Both the position numbers and the translations under genes were made by a program. Shown piece after piece: positions 62,908 through 64,000 of a stretch of DNA of 64,000 bases. The notes under the pieces were generated by a model. It was not told the DNA's origin, made no database searches, and worked only from the letters and a program-made list of their open reading frames with translations. Source of the stretch: Chlamydiales bacterium (lineage in GTDB: Bacteria > Chlamydiota > Chlamydiia > Chlamydiales > JAAKFR01); NCBI GenBank assembly GCA_024233495.1, contig JACKPM010000001.1, positions 258,584 to 322,583 of the forward strand, read 5' to 3'. The first letter of the stretch is position 1, and every line of letters starts with the position of its first letter.

Positions 62908-63572
62908 CGTGACCTCCCATGGTAAAGTCCATCTTCAAAGTGTTTGCACACCTCACACCGACTCATCGGCTTCACACCCTCTTGTACGCAGAGTAGGCGG
63001 TCACAGTTGTCTAAAGCCGTCTTCAAGTCGTGAGTTACCATCAAAACTGTTAACTTCAATGAGCGTAAAAGCTGCATCAAACTCGCAATGGAGGCTGTGT
63101 CTACATTCGCTGTTGCCTCATCCAAAAGAAGTACCTCAGGGTTACTCACTAAAGCGCGTGCAATCAAAACACGTTGCTTCTGTCCACCAGAAAGAGCAGA
63201 GAATGAGGCGGCATACCACTTCTCCATACCAACAGAGCGCAAAGCTTCGAGAGCTGCTTCTCGGTCACACTTTCGAAATCCAAAAAGACGAGGAGCAACA
63301 GAAAGCCTCCCCATCAACACTACATCTAAAACCGAAATAGGGAAAAGGGGGTCTGCAGCGAAATTTTGCGGCACCCAGCCAATGCGTCCAGGCATCTTAA
63401 TGCGCCCGCGATCCTTTTTGAGCAAGCCCGCAAGCAACTTAAGAAGCGTTGTCTTTCCTCCACCATTCGGTCCAAAAATCGCTACAAACTCCTTCTCATG
63501 TACCGAGAAAGAGACGTTTTTTAACACAGAGTTGCCCTCAAAAGCGAAAGAGAGATCTTCAACTTCAATCAC
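62904..63572 (-). CDS. Metal ABC transporter ATP-binding protein
   Basis: 222 aa. Walker A GPNGGGKTT, signature LSGGQKQR, Walker B LLLDEA. Confidence 0.9.
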   Translation of the reverse strand: MIEVEDLSFAFEGNSVLKNVSFSVHEKEFVAIFGPNGGGKTTLLKLLAGLLKKDRGRIKMPGRIGWVPQNFAADPLFPISVLDVVLMGRLSVAPRLFGFRKCDREAALEALRSVGMEKWYAASFSALSGGQKQRVLIARALVSNPEVLLLDEATANVDTASIASLMQLLRSLKLTVLMVTHDLKTALDNCDRLLCVQEGVKPMSRCEVCKHFEDGLYHGRSR

Positions 63573-64000
63573 TGAAAACCTCCCCTAAATAGCTCAAGTT
63601 CTGCAAAACATTTTCAGCATAAGGGTCAACAAAAACGCGCTTCAAACCAAGCTCTCGAGCAATCGTGAGTCCGCCCTTTAAGCTATATTGCTTTTGCAAA
63701 AAGACAGAGTGCAAACCAAGCGCGCGTACCCGCAAAACCAAATCAGTCACCTGCCGTGGACCTGGCTCCTGCCCCTCCATCTCAATCGAAAGTTGTTCTA
63801 TCCCAAAGTCACGACAAAAATAGCCAAAAGCGGGATGAGAAACTAAGATTGCTGAAGGGAAAACCCGCTCCGAAAGCTTCTGCTCAACGCGCTCTAAATC
63901 ACGGAGGAAAACAGCAAGGTTCTCCTCAAAAAAAACGCGCTTTTCGGGGAGCTCTTCCGAAAGAACCGAGCAAACCTGAGTCGCCATCGAGCGCACAATA
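63565..64000 (-). CDS. Metal ABC transporter substrate-binding protein (ZnuA/TroA family), 5'-partial at window edge
   Basis: Only the C-terminal half is visible (SHPAFGYFCRDFGIEQ..., VFLQKQYS). The frame is open to the window end. Confidence 0.7.
   Translation of the reverse strand, partial: IVRSMATQVCSVLSEELPEKRVFFEENLAVFLRDLERVEQKLSERVFPSAILVSHPAFGYFCRDFGIEQLSIEMEGQEPGPRQVTDLVLRVRALGLHSVFLQKQYSLKGGLTIARELGLKRVFVDPYAENVLQNLSYLGEVFSD

Overview
This 64-kb window comes from a member of the phylum Chlamydiae. By gene content it is an environmental, non-Chlamydiaceae type, but the species cannot be determined here. The diagnostic genes are the cysteine-rich envelope pair OmcA/OmcB, a fused 1506-aa SecDF, an EUO-like tandem-HTH regulator, and a MurA with Asp at the fosfomycin-target position. 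The housekeeping gene order also matches what I recall from Chlamydia trachomatis: gltX, tsp, euo, recJ, secDF, uppS-cdsA-cmk-plsC-argS, murA, omcA-omcB, ispF, and cysJ-rpsJ-fusA-rpsG-rpsL. I count about 55 protein genes, one tRNA-Phe(GAA), two clear intrinsic terminators, one IS5-family insertion sequence and ten foldback MITE copies. The MITEs are six of family A, three of family B and one divergent B-like copy that I call C. There is no rRNA, CRISPR array or prophage. Two regions look accessory. (1) At 32.4-46.2 kb, two tightly coupled divergent operons combine a PgaC/NfrB-like membrane GT2 synthase, two further glycosyltransferases and a 1253-aa TPR protein with a C-terminal beta-barrel-like domain. 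They also carry a membrane-anchored HEAT-repeat protein and a complete split His-Asp phosphorelay: a histidine kinase, a stand-alone receiver, two Hpt modules and a REC-degenerate GGDEF-REC protein. I read this as a synthase-dependent exopolysaccharide secretion system under phosphorelay control. It is the best candidate for an undescribed system in this window. (2) At 50.2-58.7 kb, a tRNA-Phe-flanked mosaic island holds a repeat array, orphan ORFs and a second sensor kinase/receiver/CHASE-PAS set that looks visibly AT-richer. It also holds an IS inserted in a DUF1653 gene. All start codons and domain calls come from reading the translations by eye. No searches were run.
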